Assembly: GCF_964204645.1 (NCBI RefSeq)
Contig: NC_134025.1
Location: 6,634,001-6,698,000 of the forward strand
DNA length: 64,000 nt
Reading direction: 5' to 3'
From: Tubulanus polymorphus
Lineage: Eukaryota > Animalia > Nemertea
This document shows positions 1 to 28,200 of this stretch, piece by piece (positions within the stretch are counted from its first letter, which is position 1; each line of letters begins with the position of its first letter). The notes under the pieces are model-generated. The model saw only the letters and a program-made list of their open reading frames with translations. It had not been told where the DNA came from and did no database searches. Made by a program: the position numbers and the translations under genes.

Positions 1-189
1 ACAAAAAATTGATTTAATCGCAAACTAAAATCAAAAATTACTTCTGTACGCTCACCTTCCTGTGCCCGTCTTGTGTTGATAGCATGTGACATTTTTTACT
101 CGCGCAGTCTGTGATATATGTATGTATATATCAGCTAATTTCCCACCCTTTCCTCTGCAATGTTTCACCTTGAAATGTTACTTACGATG

Positions 190-194
<5 letters not shown>

Positions 195-270
<76 letters not shown>
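195..270. repeat. (AT)n microsatellite, ~38 units
   Basis: Uninterrupted AT dinucleotide run. Confidence 0.98.
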
Positions 271-275
<5 letters not shown>

Positions 276-1153
276 CATGTATAACTTAAATACGCAACTT
301 CTTCCTACATAGTTAAAATGCGTCTGCCTAACACGAAAGCCGTCGAATGTGCTTTGTCCGTTATTGTGTTCGATATGTACGTGTTTTAAAGAATGCGAAA
401 AAATAAAAGCCATTTATATATACGTGTGTTCTATACGGGAAAGTGAAGTTTCGAATTGTAAGTTCATGACGACGAAAATTGTAATAAAAGACCCGTCCAA
501 ATATAATGGAAGAATTCAAAAGCTTTCGTGAGCTAATAAGCACCGTGTATCTTTCTATTCAAGTGATCCGCGTCAAACGATCTTCACGGGAAAAAGGCTT
601 AAGAAAGAGCACAGAATGGAAAGCTTTATATGAAGAATGTAGAATTAATACAGAAGATAATACAGCATAAAGCAGATTGCCAGCAGCTTCACACCAGTTT
701 TTGAGGCCTTTGGATCGAACAAGATTTTGCCAATGAATGACAATAATTTTCGTTTTTATTTTCATGGAATGATACTGGCTTGAAATTGTGCTGATTTCCC
801 AATGTCTTCGTTTGCTGACTCATTTTCCACAGCTGTGACAAAATCTGCTGAGAATATTAATTACCACGATACGGTGTTTTTACATACTCGGTACTTCAAT
901 AAATTATTATTTTTTTGATTGCGTAAAACCACTAGATAGATGATATAGTTGTTACATTGTGTTGATCGGTAGGTTTGGAATGAAGGAAGTAATTCAGTTT
1001 CAGTGAGAAAGTGTTTCCGATGTGATGCGTTTAGGAGAGGATATGTATAAAACCTATACGGGTTGTTATTACTTCCGCGTATTCATTCGAAATACAAACT
1101 ATTTTCAATCAAAATTGAGAGTAACATATAGGATATGAAGTCTGTATAGATTG

Positions 1154-2010
1154 ATGGCAGCAGAGATACGCGCAGTAAGGATGAATTCCTCGGATATAGA
1201 GTTAGTTAGAAGGAACAGCAATAGATCTCATGCTGATGATAATAGTTCCCCATCACATACTAATGATGTTGAACAATACGTTAAAAATACGAACAGTCAG
1301 GTAGTAAAGTCAAAATTCGAATATAAATCTATCTATAGAATGAAAAAGATTATGTCAACAATGATGCATGATTATTGCAAACTGTTTGTTTTTTCGAGGT
1401 CTACCGTATCACATATGACTTTCTTACTGTGTGATGTCCTCATTTATAGGTTTCGTCGTCGCCTCATACATCGACCGAATCGGCAGCATCATCCAAGTCT
1501 GACCCAAGAGATGAAACGGCGAAACTAACTGCAGAGTTTGGTTTCTACGCCACCAAGAAATCTAAAGCGAGTACGATGTTAGATTTGGCACTTCTATCGG
1601 CCAACGCGTCACTTTTGAGGGTAAACATTGGTCTGGAGAAGACGCCGATGGTTTGCGGCGTCATCAGTTTGCTAGCTCTTTCTATTTTGTGTCAACTAGT
1701 CGTAGGCTTTATTTTTCTTCGGATGGGTAAATATGAAACGACATCTCTCTCTCTCTCCCTTTCACTTTTTCTTTTTCTCGATGAGTTCGCTTCTTTTTCA
1801 GTTCGTTCTAACGCTTGGTCGAAACTTATGGTAAAATACGATATAGAATCGGAAACGACTAAACAAGAGAAATTGAAGGCGCTCTATGATCAGATCGTGT
1901 TGAACAGTCGCGCTACTGCAATCGTCATGTTTATCACAATCATCAATGTATTTATTGCAGCATTCGGCAATAGTGTTTTACCTAACAGTAGTAATAAGAC
2001 AATAAGTTAA
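1154..2010 (+). CDS. Ninjurin-family membrane protein, 3 exons (1154-1300, 1450-1726, 1802-2010), ~210 aa
   Basis: Spliced translation contains FYATKKSKASTMLDLALLSANASLLR (cf. ninjurin YxxKKSxAxxMLDxALLxANAxQL), two hydrophobic segments, VKYDI and the C-terminal IINVFIAAFG motif; GT-AG introns keep frame; TATAAA at ~1046, AATAAA downstream. Confidence 0.9.
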
Positions 2011-2767
2011 TAGGCGTCATCGTGAAATCGTAGATTAGATAAACGAGAGTCCATGATTAGATTAACAACGAACGGAGCTATTTTCATTAACTAAGAATAA
2101 TACCCGATCCAAATCCATAACAAGAGAGTGATGATTATTGAAAATCAAGAAGCCCGCATGCAATCGGAAATGATGATCCGGGTTAGAAACGCCTGTCACT
2201 GTTTATTTAGTAACTTATTCTCGCTATATGAAAAAATAAACATCAAACATTCAATAAATCAATATTGTCAAACAGATTCTCCATTCCGATTGCCTGTTGT
2301 ATTTTTGCCGGGTATTCGTGTGAACGGGTGAGTGAATAATTGCACCCGGGCAAATTCATAACAGGCAAAAGATACAGGTCTCGGTCTACATTCAAAATGC
2401 ATATAAATATATATTTGATATGACTCGAAGTATAACATTCATCACAACGATTTAGTAACTGCAGATACGAGTTATAATTTATCCAAGATACAAGTCATCT
2501 TTATTAGTGCTAATAAGTTGCTTTGAGTAGTAATAACTGCATCTGGATATTCTTGAAATATTTGGCCAATGATTGGCCGCACATTGTTTAATTAGTTTTT
2601 ACCGAAAATAGTAGTTTCTGAGAACAGCTGTTATACATAATGGGCATGTAGACATAAAGGCGTCTCTTAAGGCAAATAAAAAAGATTAAACGTTTATAGT
2701 ATTACTGTGGTGTTCTATATAACCTCAGGATTTCAGTAGTTTGGAGAAGATCAACGAGACGATCACC

Positions 2768-3710
2768 ATGTTGCTGGGTCGTGTTCTCCTGGCTGTTACT
2801 GTATTTTCGGTTGCAGACGCCGCTATTTTTAGAGGGATTTATCAAAGTAAGTCACGTTGAAAAGGAAAGCAAAACCTTTTCAAAATTGTATGTGTTCGCA
2901 CGCACCATTATCTGCGTTGCTGTGAAGAAAAAAATGATATACTAAGTATTTTTTCAGGTACATGCGAAGGGCTGAATTTCAGTGCTGTCTACGATAAAGC
3001 CACAAACAAAACCAAGTATGAGATATATAATGAAAATGGGCGTTGCGCAAAGGCTATATGCACTCCAAGAAACTCCTTCATGAATATAACATCTGTTTTG
3101 AAAACGGTTTACACGTAAGTTATTTTTCCCGTTCGCAATAATCATGAATGATACTTCGACTTACTTAACTTATGGTCAATTCATGTTCTTTTCAAGTTGA
3201 TCACATTGTTTAAAATAGATAGATTTAACCGACATGTGAAACTCAATGAACAATCTCGAGCCCGGTGAAAGCGAAACACTCATAAATGCGTTTTAGACTC
3301 CTTAGTTTTAGAGTTCATTCTTCGAAGAATCATCAGAATATTTGACATATATCTGCAAGATTTTTAGATTGACCATCGTATGTTCACGCAATTTAAATGC
3401 GCTGTCATCAATATTATATGAGTCGATTATGTGACACAATAATATTGTACATTTTACTTTAAACAGGTGTGGAATAGCAATATACAATGCTGTGCCATGT
3501 GAATACAAAAATATGATTGAAAGTGAGTGTTACTTCGGAAGATTGTCAAATGCAACTTATCCAGGCTGTTGTTCTTCCCATCAGAAGATTTGTCGCCACG
3601 ACAAAAACAGCGAGTATTTCAAACAATCAACATTTACAGAGTTTAAACAGGAAAATAACGATAAGATCGCTTTATGCGCAATTACTACTGCAAGCTCGGG
3701 GAGTTATTAA
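2768..3710 (+). CDS. Secreted single von Willebrand factor type C domain (SVWC)-like protein, 3 exons (2768-2846, 2958-3114, 3467-3710), ~159 aa
   Basis: Signal peptide MLLGRVLLAVTVFSVADA; Cys pattern C..CxxxxC..TCG..C..YPxCC..C typical of SVWC (Vago/La1-like); both introns have gtaagt donors and compatible phases (1, 2); TATATAA at 2716, AATAAA at 3816. Confidence 0.8.
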
Positions 3711-5891
3711 TACGTCTTCCACAGATTTATCATAATTTATATCGTGTATATGTTTGTAATATATACCGGTATACATTATTCCTACATATATATATGTATA
3801 ATATGTTTATGGATAAATAAAGGTATTCATATATCTACCTAAATTTCAATTTTCATCTTTAGATATTTCAATGGTCTCGTAATTCGCAATATGCATTTTC
3901 AGGCCCTTGACGTTAGAGAATACAAGCGCGTCCTATAGGCCGCAAAGACTTAGGCTGCGAACTGCATCAAGTTGTTTTTCTAAAGGCCACGGGACAATAG
4001 CAACAGGACCACGCTGCTCCTTGTGCTCCTGTCTGGATTCACCCCCCCCCCCCTGCTCATGGGAATTTGTAGAAACCAGTGTCTTTCAAACGTAGTCGTA
4101 GATTCCCAAACCAACATTGTACCAGCTGGACAATGACACTACATAATTGAAGATAAAAGAAACTGTGCATTCGAGATAATGATAGTTTATTTCTTTTCAG
4201 TTTTTGATTATATTATATCTTTAATATGAGTAATAATACAAAACAAAGGATTGAAAATTTCATATACATGTACATATTATCATCACCTATAAGTCAATTT
4301 TTCCCCAACAGATGCGCACACGAAATCCCAATACCAAACGTCCAGTTTTACCAACATTTAAGTACGGCACAAGCATAAATACTGAGTTAATTGTGGAAGA
4401 AAGACTAGAGCTGTTTGTGTGGCGACCAGTCTTGCGATGGTTTGTCATCAATTAACATAGTCATTGGTATCTGGGATCGCAAATCAATATTAAGATGATA
4501 TCTATAACAATCAACGATATACAATTTACATTAATGAACTCTAGTTCTCGAATATAAATATAAACACAAGTATCCAATGAATGTAACAACCAGTGTGACC
4601 ATCGTGATAGTTTTTTCAGGTTTTTTTTCAAATATTTAGAACACAGGTAATTAGAGCTGCCGTTGAGGTAAAATAATTTTCACATTCTAATCCAATAATG
4701 TACAACTAATGGGGAAAATAATTTGTACTTCAGGTGGTCTATCAACAGCTTTAATATCTCTAATTACAGACTTCTTACAGAATGAATCTGATTTACAGGT
4801 TGTTTCTTTAAGCTGAAAGCATCGAACAAAAATCTAATTCACAAATAAATAAAGTACCTTTGTCTGTACATGTACTTTTGGTACAAGCAAGCTCTTATTA
4901 AGACCTACTCGTAATCGTTCTAAAATAACATTAACCAATGAAGGATATCTTAATCATTACGTACAAAATGCAGACAGGTTTATACGAGATTCTACTTACT
5001 TGCCAGAGCCTACGTCTAGAACAAATTCAAAATTGTGATTATGGTACGTCTACCCGGTATCTCCGGGTGTCTCCTGATGTTAGGCAGTTTTGGATCATTT
5101 CATATACGATTGATGACACATCAATAAAAGAGCGAGATTTACTCAGAAATATACCTTGAACCAGATGTATGAATATGATATCAAAGCTACTATAATGCAA
5201 ATAAGCAATACAAGATGCTATTATGGTCGCGCAAAAACAATCCGATATTTAATCAAGTTTCTCCATCTTGTGATGACCTCAACGGTGGTAAAAAGATGGA
5301 AAAACCTAGGAGTACATATATACTTTCATTTATATAATACCAGTACATACGGTAGTTCAGTTAGCAAGAATTTGTCAAGGACGACGAGTGCATCAAGATT
5401 TAGCAATAACTATGACACGATGATATGTGGTAAATGACTATCAGTAAATCATTTCCTCGCTTCCTGTTTCCAGCCAAATACTTTCAAATTAATAATTAGT
5501 ATCGAGAAGCAAAATATCGAAAAATAACTGTATATATGTAACTCTTATAAAACAAAAGAATCAAAAATAAATCAAATATGGCTTCACTTTTTCCATTTGA
5601 TTGATAAAACATTTTATAACTATACGAAATTTGAAACTATTGGTGGATAATTCCTCTACATGACTGAATGCTCTGTTATACTTCTTGACTGATGGTTCAA
5701 TAAAAAAACATTCAGCTAAATGATTTTTAAAATCCATTAGGATTTGCAAAGAAAATTCTCATCGAAGATTTACATTCACATAAAAAGTTCATATGCGATA
5801 ACTAGACGGCGCCAATGGTAGTCCTCACAAATCTACACACAATGCGACTGACAAGTACCAATCTGCGTTCCTCTTCAACGGATGTATGAAC

Positions 5892-21190
<15,299 letters not shown>

Positions 21191-21731
21191 GATTATTCCG
21201 TACTCTTCTACTGACTGTGTTGTGTAATAAAATCAATTCAATTCCAACCACTCAGACAAAATATAAACAAACTAGTGTTTTCAGTATCAGCGCCGAACAC
21301 AGAATGCGACAACAACGCAATCAGCTTTCGAAATAAAGGTTTATATACGATCTTTAAAACATGCTCAAATACGACCGGTCTCTGGGTTGATTATGTTTGT
21401 AAAACGCCAATTTGTTGTCATAGAATCCGTCCAAGCCCCGGTGCACGTCAAGGCGTGGTCAATGAATAGTTCCTGCTGCAGCCACTACGAGTCGCCACCG
21501 TCCGCCCCAACTATGCCATAAGCGCGCTATTTCACGGATCGACGAATCTTTGCTTGGCCCACACAGTTAATGCTACTTCTTTGAAAAATTGTTGATTTTA
21601 TTGTTGTTTTCTCTCCTTTAATCTCTGTATAGACTCTGTCATACGCTTTCCGCCGTGAAATACATTTGCAACTTGAAAACTTAAATGCAGTGATCCATAA
21701 TCAAGACGAAGATGAGATTTTTTGGTTATCA

Positions 21732-21844
21732 CACAGGGACTTGACACAAAAGGATACCCCAGTATCCTGTACTATATATAAAAAGTCTTTTTATATAGTA
21801 CCTAGGATACTGGAGTCAAAATCCTTTTGTGTCAAGTCCCTGTG
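21732..21844. mobile_element. 113-bp palindromic MITE with 8-bp TSD (P-element- or hAT-like)
   Basis: 24-bp perfect TIR CACAGGGACTTGACACAAAAGGAT, inner arms also complementary; GGTTATCA duplicated at 21724-21731 and 21845-21852. Confidence 0.9.
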
Positions 21845-24800
21845 GGTTATCACCGGTAATTAAAAACATTTATTTGCTACTCAGAGCCTCAGCGTCATTT
21901 TCTCGTAGGCCTGATAATCAGTCAAAATCGGTCTGAAAAACTGGCTTTTTCTATTGTCCAATCATTACCGGGTATAAAAATAAAGATAAATCGAAACAAG
22001 AATTCGCATTCGAAGAATCGTATCGTCGTCAAGTAAAGAGAAAGTTCTAGCCAAAATACTTTGGAGAGAGATAGATTAAAGAAAAAATTTAGGATATATA
22101 TAATTAATGTTTTTGCTCTTGATATTGTAACTTACCTTTTTTCGGACATATTGTATGGGCAATAATTTTTCTTGTTGATCCAGAATAACGTAATAACTAT
22201 TTCTGAAAATATTCCATGGAAAGTGCTGAGTCTGGAGAGTTCGCGTAATTCCCGCTCTTCGCACTAATGAGAGAACTGAGACTGATGAGAGAGCTCGTGT
22301 CCCGGTTTATGTATTTTATGAGGTGAAGGTCTAACTACCCTAAACCAAACTGTTTTTATGTTGCTCGTAAAATGAGAAACGGGTGAATAGTAAGAAAAGC
22401 GGCCAACCGTAATAAGATAAAATGAGAAGCGAAATGAATAATGCGTCTTACTAGAGAGACGAAATGTTAATAAGGAATAGGTCGAACGACGATCAAACGG
22501 GCAAATAAGCCTTAAAGAAAGCGTCAAAAAGTCCATAGGCGATGAGTGGTGCATAAGTCCAGCTCTCGGAACCATTTTCACTGTTTTAATAATGGGGCTC
22601 ACAAATCAATCGCCTCAGGTCGATTAAATAGATATACCGTTAAAATCTAAATTTTATAGTCGTGAACATCTACAATTGGTTTTGGACCCCACATCCTGCT
22701 TTTTCCAACACTGAAGTTGGAATTCCATAGAATAAAACAAGCTCATAAAAAAGTTCGTAATCAGACGGACATCTGAGTATCGGGGCTTTCGATTTCTCTA
22801 CTGTGTAAATACTAGCACAAAATTGTCACAGCTTTTCGTCGACCTTGAATTCGTCCATTTGAACTGACGTCGTCCCGAAAGAAAACTGGGCGCGTATCCG
22901 AGTCTTAAAACTAGGCTACCCGATAGTTCACTATCAGTAGGCCCTACCTAAAAGTGTCGAGAAAGGAACAATACGAAACCCGCCCTCTCGTACCTGCTTG
23001 AAATGCAATCTTCCAGAGAGGGAATTCATATTTCCATCACTTACAGTTTAAGGAATTATCGTACCTGTTTGAATATGCCCTTATTCTGTAAACTGTCCTT
23101 TTTATGGGAATTACTTCCAAAGGTTGTCGGGTCTCCATCGCTATACCTGGGGTGTCGGTCATTATTGGGGTGTATAAAACGGAATACAACACTAAATTTA
23201 CTGTATATGTATATTCCTTGTTATCTTATCACGCAAAAGCCAGTTCAAAGTCTGATAAGTTCCGTCCAATATATATTTGACATGGATCATTGAACAGTTC
23301 ACCTTTTGTTTATGTATTTGTTTATTATACGTCTATCAAATCTACAATTTATTGCTATCTATTACCAGTAAATAAGTAATAAAGGCAACAGATTTCATTT
23401 TTTTGCAAAACAAAGTCTCGTGTGCAGCCATTTTTGGAAGTGTATTTTGCCTTCTCTTGAAACCAAAATCAAGATGGCATCCATTAAGTTCACAGCGTTC
23501 ATATCGCGGTGTATATGAAAGAGAAAATGTCATCGTAAAACAACAGTTGCGGAATGGCGGCACTTCTGATGTAATTTCTACAACAGATGTTGGTTATTCT
23601 CGGCGCAAGAGATGCATTTTGTTCATCCTAAATTTCCTCCCTCGACGGGACCGAAGTACGCGGAATAAAATCTTTAAAAAAATCAGCAATAAAAAATTAT
23701 GATGCTATTATCAATTAAATATAGTTTCCCATTATTTCTAAATGAGTACATGGAAAAAGACAATACATGTACAGAATCACATGCACGAACTGATTGTTAG
23801 CCGGTACCAATGATTTAGTATCATGCGGACAATTTCTTACTACATAGTTCCATTGGCGACATGGATTAATGCGACTCATTAGTTGGTCATAAATTATTAC
23901 TGATTATTGAAACAATAGTTATCATGCAACAGGGGATTCGAAATGGGTCCTCTATCCTTTTAGAGACATCTCTAGAAAAACAAATGAATAATGGACAAAC
24001 GTTATTTATTAGAATGAATATATTTGATATATTTATTTACACCTAAACATATGATACGTAAATCTTTCATCAAAAAGAAAAGCTTTAGCGGTAAGCTACA
24101 AGTAGCAAGTGATCATTATGTGATGATGTAGTCTTAAATAGTCAAACTTAACTAAAATATTAACAGATAACTCTAACAGAATATTCAGAAGAATCCACAG
24201 CACCATTGTGAAATACACAGATATTTTGGAAACGATGAGAACCCATTATCTTTTAGAAAATCACACTCTTTATGAGAAAATAAATATCAAAATATTTTTG
24301 TGATTGGAACATATATAGATTTGATATGAAAAATATGAAATCTTATGACTTTAATAAGCCACCATTCTGTTAAGGTACCGAGAACCCAGTCATATAAATT
24401 TTTCTTAAAACCACCTTTCGTTGAACCCAGTCTTTCGATTTTAGATGCAATCTAGAAATCAGAATATCATGTCTCTACCAGCACTAAATAATTGCTATCT
24501 AGAGTTGAAACTCAAGAGTGGAGGCGGATATATTCTTAGAAATTCCCCCCCCCCCCGAGACTTTTCATATGCAGAAACAAATGCATGTAGATCAAGGTCA
24601 AGGTTGCTGGTACCTAGTGGAAACTCGTTTCTCACTGCATATTTTAGAGGACCAGAACATGTGCTCATTAAAACCTATACCGCATAGTCCATCATTACAT
24701 CCAGTATGAAACTATGGCATTGGAGAAATATTATTTTCATGAAACTACAGCATCTTATTTTCTCCTTCGGGTCACAGCTCTTAGTTTACTATATCCGGTT

Positions 24801-25287
24801 AATCATTATATCTGATTCTTACTGTAAAACCTACACTAAATGTATTTTCTTAAACGAAATTTCGGAAACTTAATGTGACTAAAGTATAACATGCACAGCG
24901 TGATTCCTCTGTAGAATGGACAATAATATGTTGTATGCAGCGTGTACACAGCATATAATTAATAATAGCTTTAGAGTATTAATCCCAAATGTAAAATAAA
25001 TTCTAAATTCTCCATAAACCGACATACTTTATTTTATCGTTTTATCACATTACAGTTTCTACGCAACTCAAAATAAAGAATTGAAGCAGCAACCTTTGAA
25101 TATACAAACTAACAAATGAACAAATGAGAAATTCAAAGCTATTAGTATTATCGTGAATACTGCAAAAATATAGCTTCATTCAAATGACACTTGTTAAAAG
25201 CTAAAGATAGCAGGATTAATACATGGCCGATGACTTCATGCTGTTTTTTGAACGTTGTTTCTCAAAAAACTGCAGTTTTTCTGTCGA

Positions 25288-28200
25288 TCATAGAAATTTT
25301 TGCACAAGATCTACTAATGATATCGCTAATTGGTATTCGTTATGTCCTTCCGCTAACTGGTTGACTACTTGTCCAATCAACGTAGCAGTGTCCTTGATTG
25401 CTACATTAGGGAATTTCAACTGAGTTGAATCCTGAAAATAAAATGAAAGGAAAAAAGATATTAATGCATCTTATTGTGGGTATTTATCAAAGAAGCAATA
25501 AGATTTGATAATGCTCAGTGGATCTAGTTGCACAGTCCTGAGTTAAATTTGTTAAAACAATGAAAATGAACTGATTTTAACTCAGAGTTAAGCAACTCAC
25601 AACTGTGAAACTAGGCCCAGGATACCATGAGATTTTGTTAATCTATCAACAGTTATAACAGGGAAATATATAAGTAGACAAATGTTTCCTAACAAAAAAA
25701 GTAGGTAAGCAGTTTGGAGCAACCACTTTGACTGACAGGTATCCCACTGACATGGTTTTTTTAAAGAAACCAACTACTACAGCTATTTCTAACATGAACT
25801 GCTCAATAGTTTTGTTAGTAATCGGAACATAAATGCTGCTGAGACACAGTTGCTATAGCTACCTATGCTATGGTTAGTTTAAACAATAGTAGATCATTAT
25901 CAGGGAAATTTTAAAAAAAGATGTAAATGGAAAAAAAATTCTAGGATTCATTATTACTTAAAAAGCCTCTGTTCAATGTTCCGATAGGTGAGAAATTAAA
26001 ACTTCAAAATTCTGGAGCACTTTAAACCCTACTATTGTAGGTATTTAAGCATTTCACTTAATCTATTCACCTATACTGGTAGCATACATAACATATAAAC
26101 ATATTGAATAACATTTTTTAGCCTAAACATTTGCTATTCTGGCAATACGTTTTTTTGTCAATCAGTTGTCAGGGAGAAAAACAAGAACAATGTTTTTGCA
26201 TTAAAATAAAACACTAAACGAATGGCTTTGGTGCTACTTTCCATAAAATTGCTACCATTATCAGCCGGAAGGCTGTTTGGTATCATCATCTTTGATACAA
26301 ATGCAACTGCATTGGAGAAGTTCCAACAAGCTTCAGCAAAGACCTTTTTCATCTTTTTATTAGTGGGAAATTATACGAAGGTACCATATAATACGTTGAA
26401 AGAATACTTTGTTATTTGGTATATTACGAGTATGATTTCACCCATTAAACTCTAAGCTCTGACATCAAAGAGATGCCAGCATGAACTGTTTATTCATAAT
26501 TCACTCTCATATATTCTGACTGCTTTTACACCTCACCAGCTGCTACCAGCGTAGAATTAAAACAGCCTTCTTTAAGACAAAAATGCAGCATAATCCAAGT
26601 GCAAATATTTATATAAATTCAATATTCTTCCATCTTTTTAAACTTCCCTTTAAAAACTATCTACGAATATATTTATCAAAAAGAGGCTCAGTGCAGCCAT
26701 CAGAACCCAGTTCCACAGTTGTGAGTTAGAGTTAACTCTGAGTTTAAGTTAGTTCATTTTCAATGAGTTAACTCCAAGTCAAATCTTAACTCGGAACTGT
26801 GGAACTGGACTCTTGGGTACTTAAGTTAACCACCATTGGCTTAAATCTTTAACCTATCAAAACTCTTTTAACTTCCCTGTTAAGAATGAGATCGGGGGCA
26901 AGTTAAAAATAATATCTGCCAATGTAACTAAGTGCGCCTGGGCATTAAGCCCTAACACGTTCCTAGGAACTAATCCTAATTTGCATAATCTGTTACAAAG
27001 GTAGAAAAAAAATTGAAACATATTTCAACATGTTGCCAGGGAGTTTGGCATTATGTACAAACTAAATATGACTTTTCAGCATTTAGAAATTTCAGTCGAA
27101 AATTCCATGAGGTAGCCAATGCTTTTTCTCTGTGCAATATCCATTCATATATCTCCATGAAATAAGTCTGGACTTGTAATATCATATGCAAATAGGGTTA
27201 ATGAAATTACTCAATTGTACATATCTTAAAAATTCACAGAAGCATAAAGACAATAATAGTCATTTTCAAATGAGTAAGCAAGGATAACATATTTGTATTT
27301 TTACACAGGCACACCACACGCATGATTCCTTGATAATTTCATACTATTAAAATTACAAACTGATTAAATAGAAACTAAATATTAGAACACAATTAGACTA
27401 ATTATACATTAGCTATTTAAATCATATTCAAAATGAAGGAATAACCAAGTTCAAAAACTTGGTGGTTAAGAAACAGTTTCTGGACCTTGATGAATAAAGT
27501 CTCCCTAATTTTACTTTGTCTAGAATTATGAATATGCCTCACTGAAATTATTATAATATGTCATGACAAATTGTGAGATGTTACCCAATTGCCGATGTGT
27601 TTGATTGTCGAGTAGTTTATGTACATATCTCCATACAGAAAACTACTCTCAACAATACTGAATATTGGTTATTTATGTAGTTTACTTGATTAGACAAGGT
27701 CAGTTGTCACATTCCTGATATAATGCCAACAGCAGTAAAAGTAATATTCAACTCAGGGATTATCGTCTTGCATGGCATATCATTCTTAGGGCACAAGTCT
27801 GTTTAACGATCCACAACAATTTGTAATGCTAATTACGCTGTAGTAGAGCTGGACTGGTGGTAACAAGAGAACTGGTAAAGCTTGACACGTATATTCTAAT
27901 TAAACGAATGAGACATACCAATGATTTCAGCCAGGTGGATAAAGTAGTGGATAGTTTACTGAGATGTTGTATCCCACCTTCTGGATCTGACTGTATAATA
28001 TAATGCGATAATCGTTGTCCAGCAATCAGTATTAACTGTGAACCCATAACTGCATGGTCATTCACTGTAAGCAAAACCTACAAATGAAGATTTTAACATC
28101 TTTTTAACTGATTAAAACGTTATGAGAATAATGAACAATAGCATACAAAAGTTAAGCTAACCTCTTCTCCTAGTTTGTCAAATCCGTAAGAATATAATTC

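Noticed and set aside
22076-23702. Several 60-112 aa ORFs between calpain and Rab3GAP2
   Set aside because: No recognisable domains or consistent splice structure; may be decayed repeat sequence.
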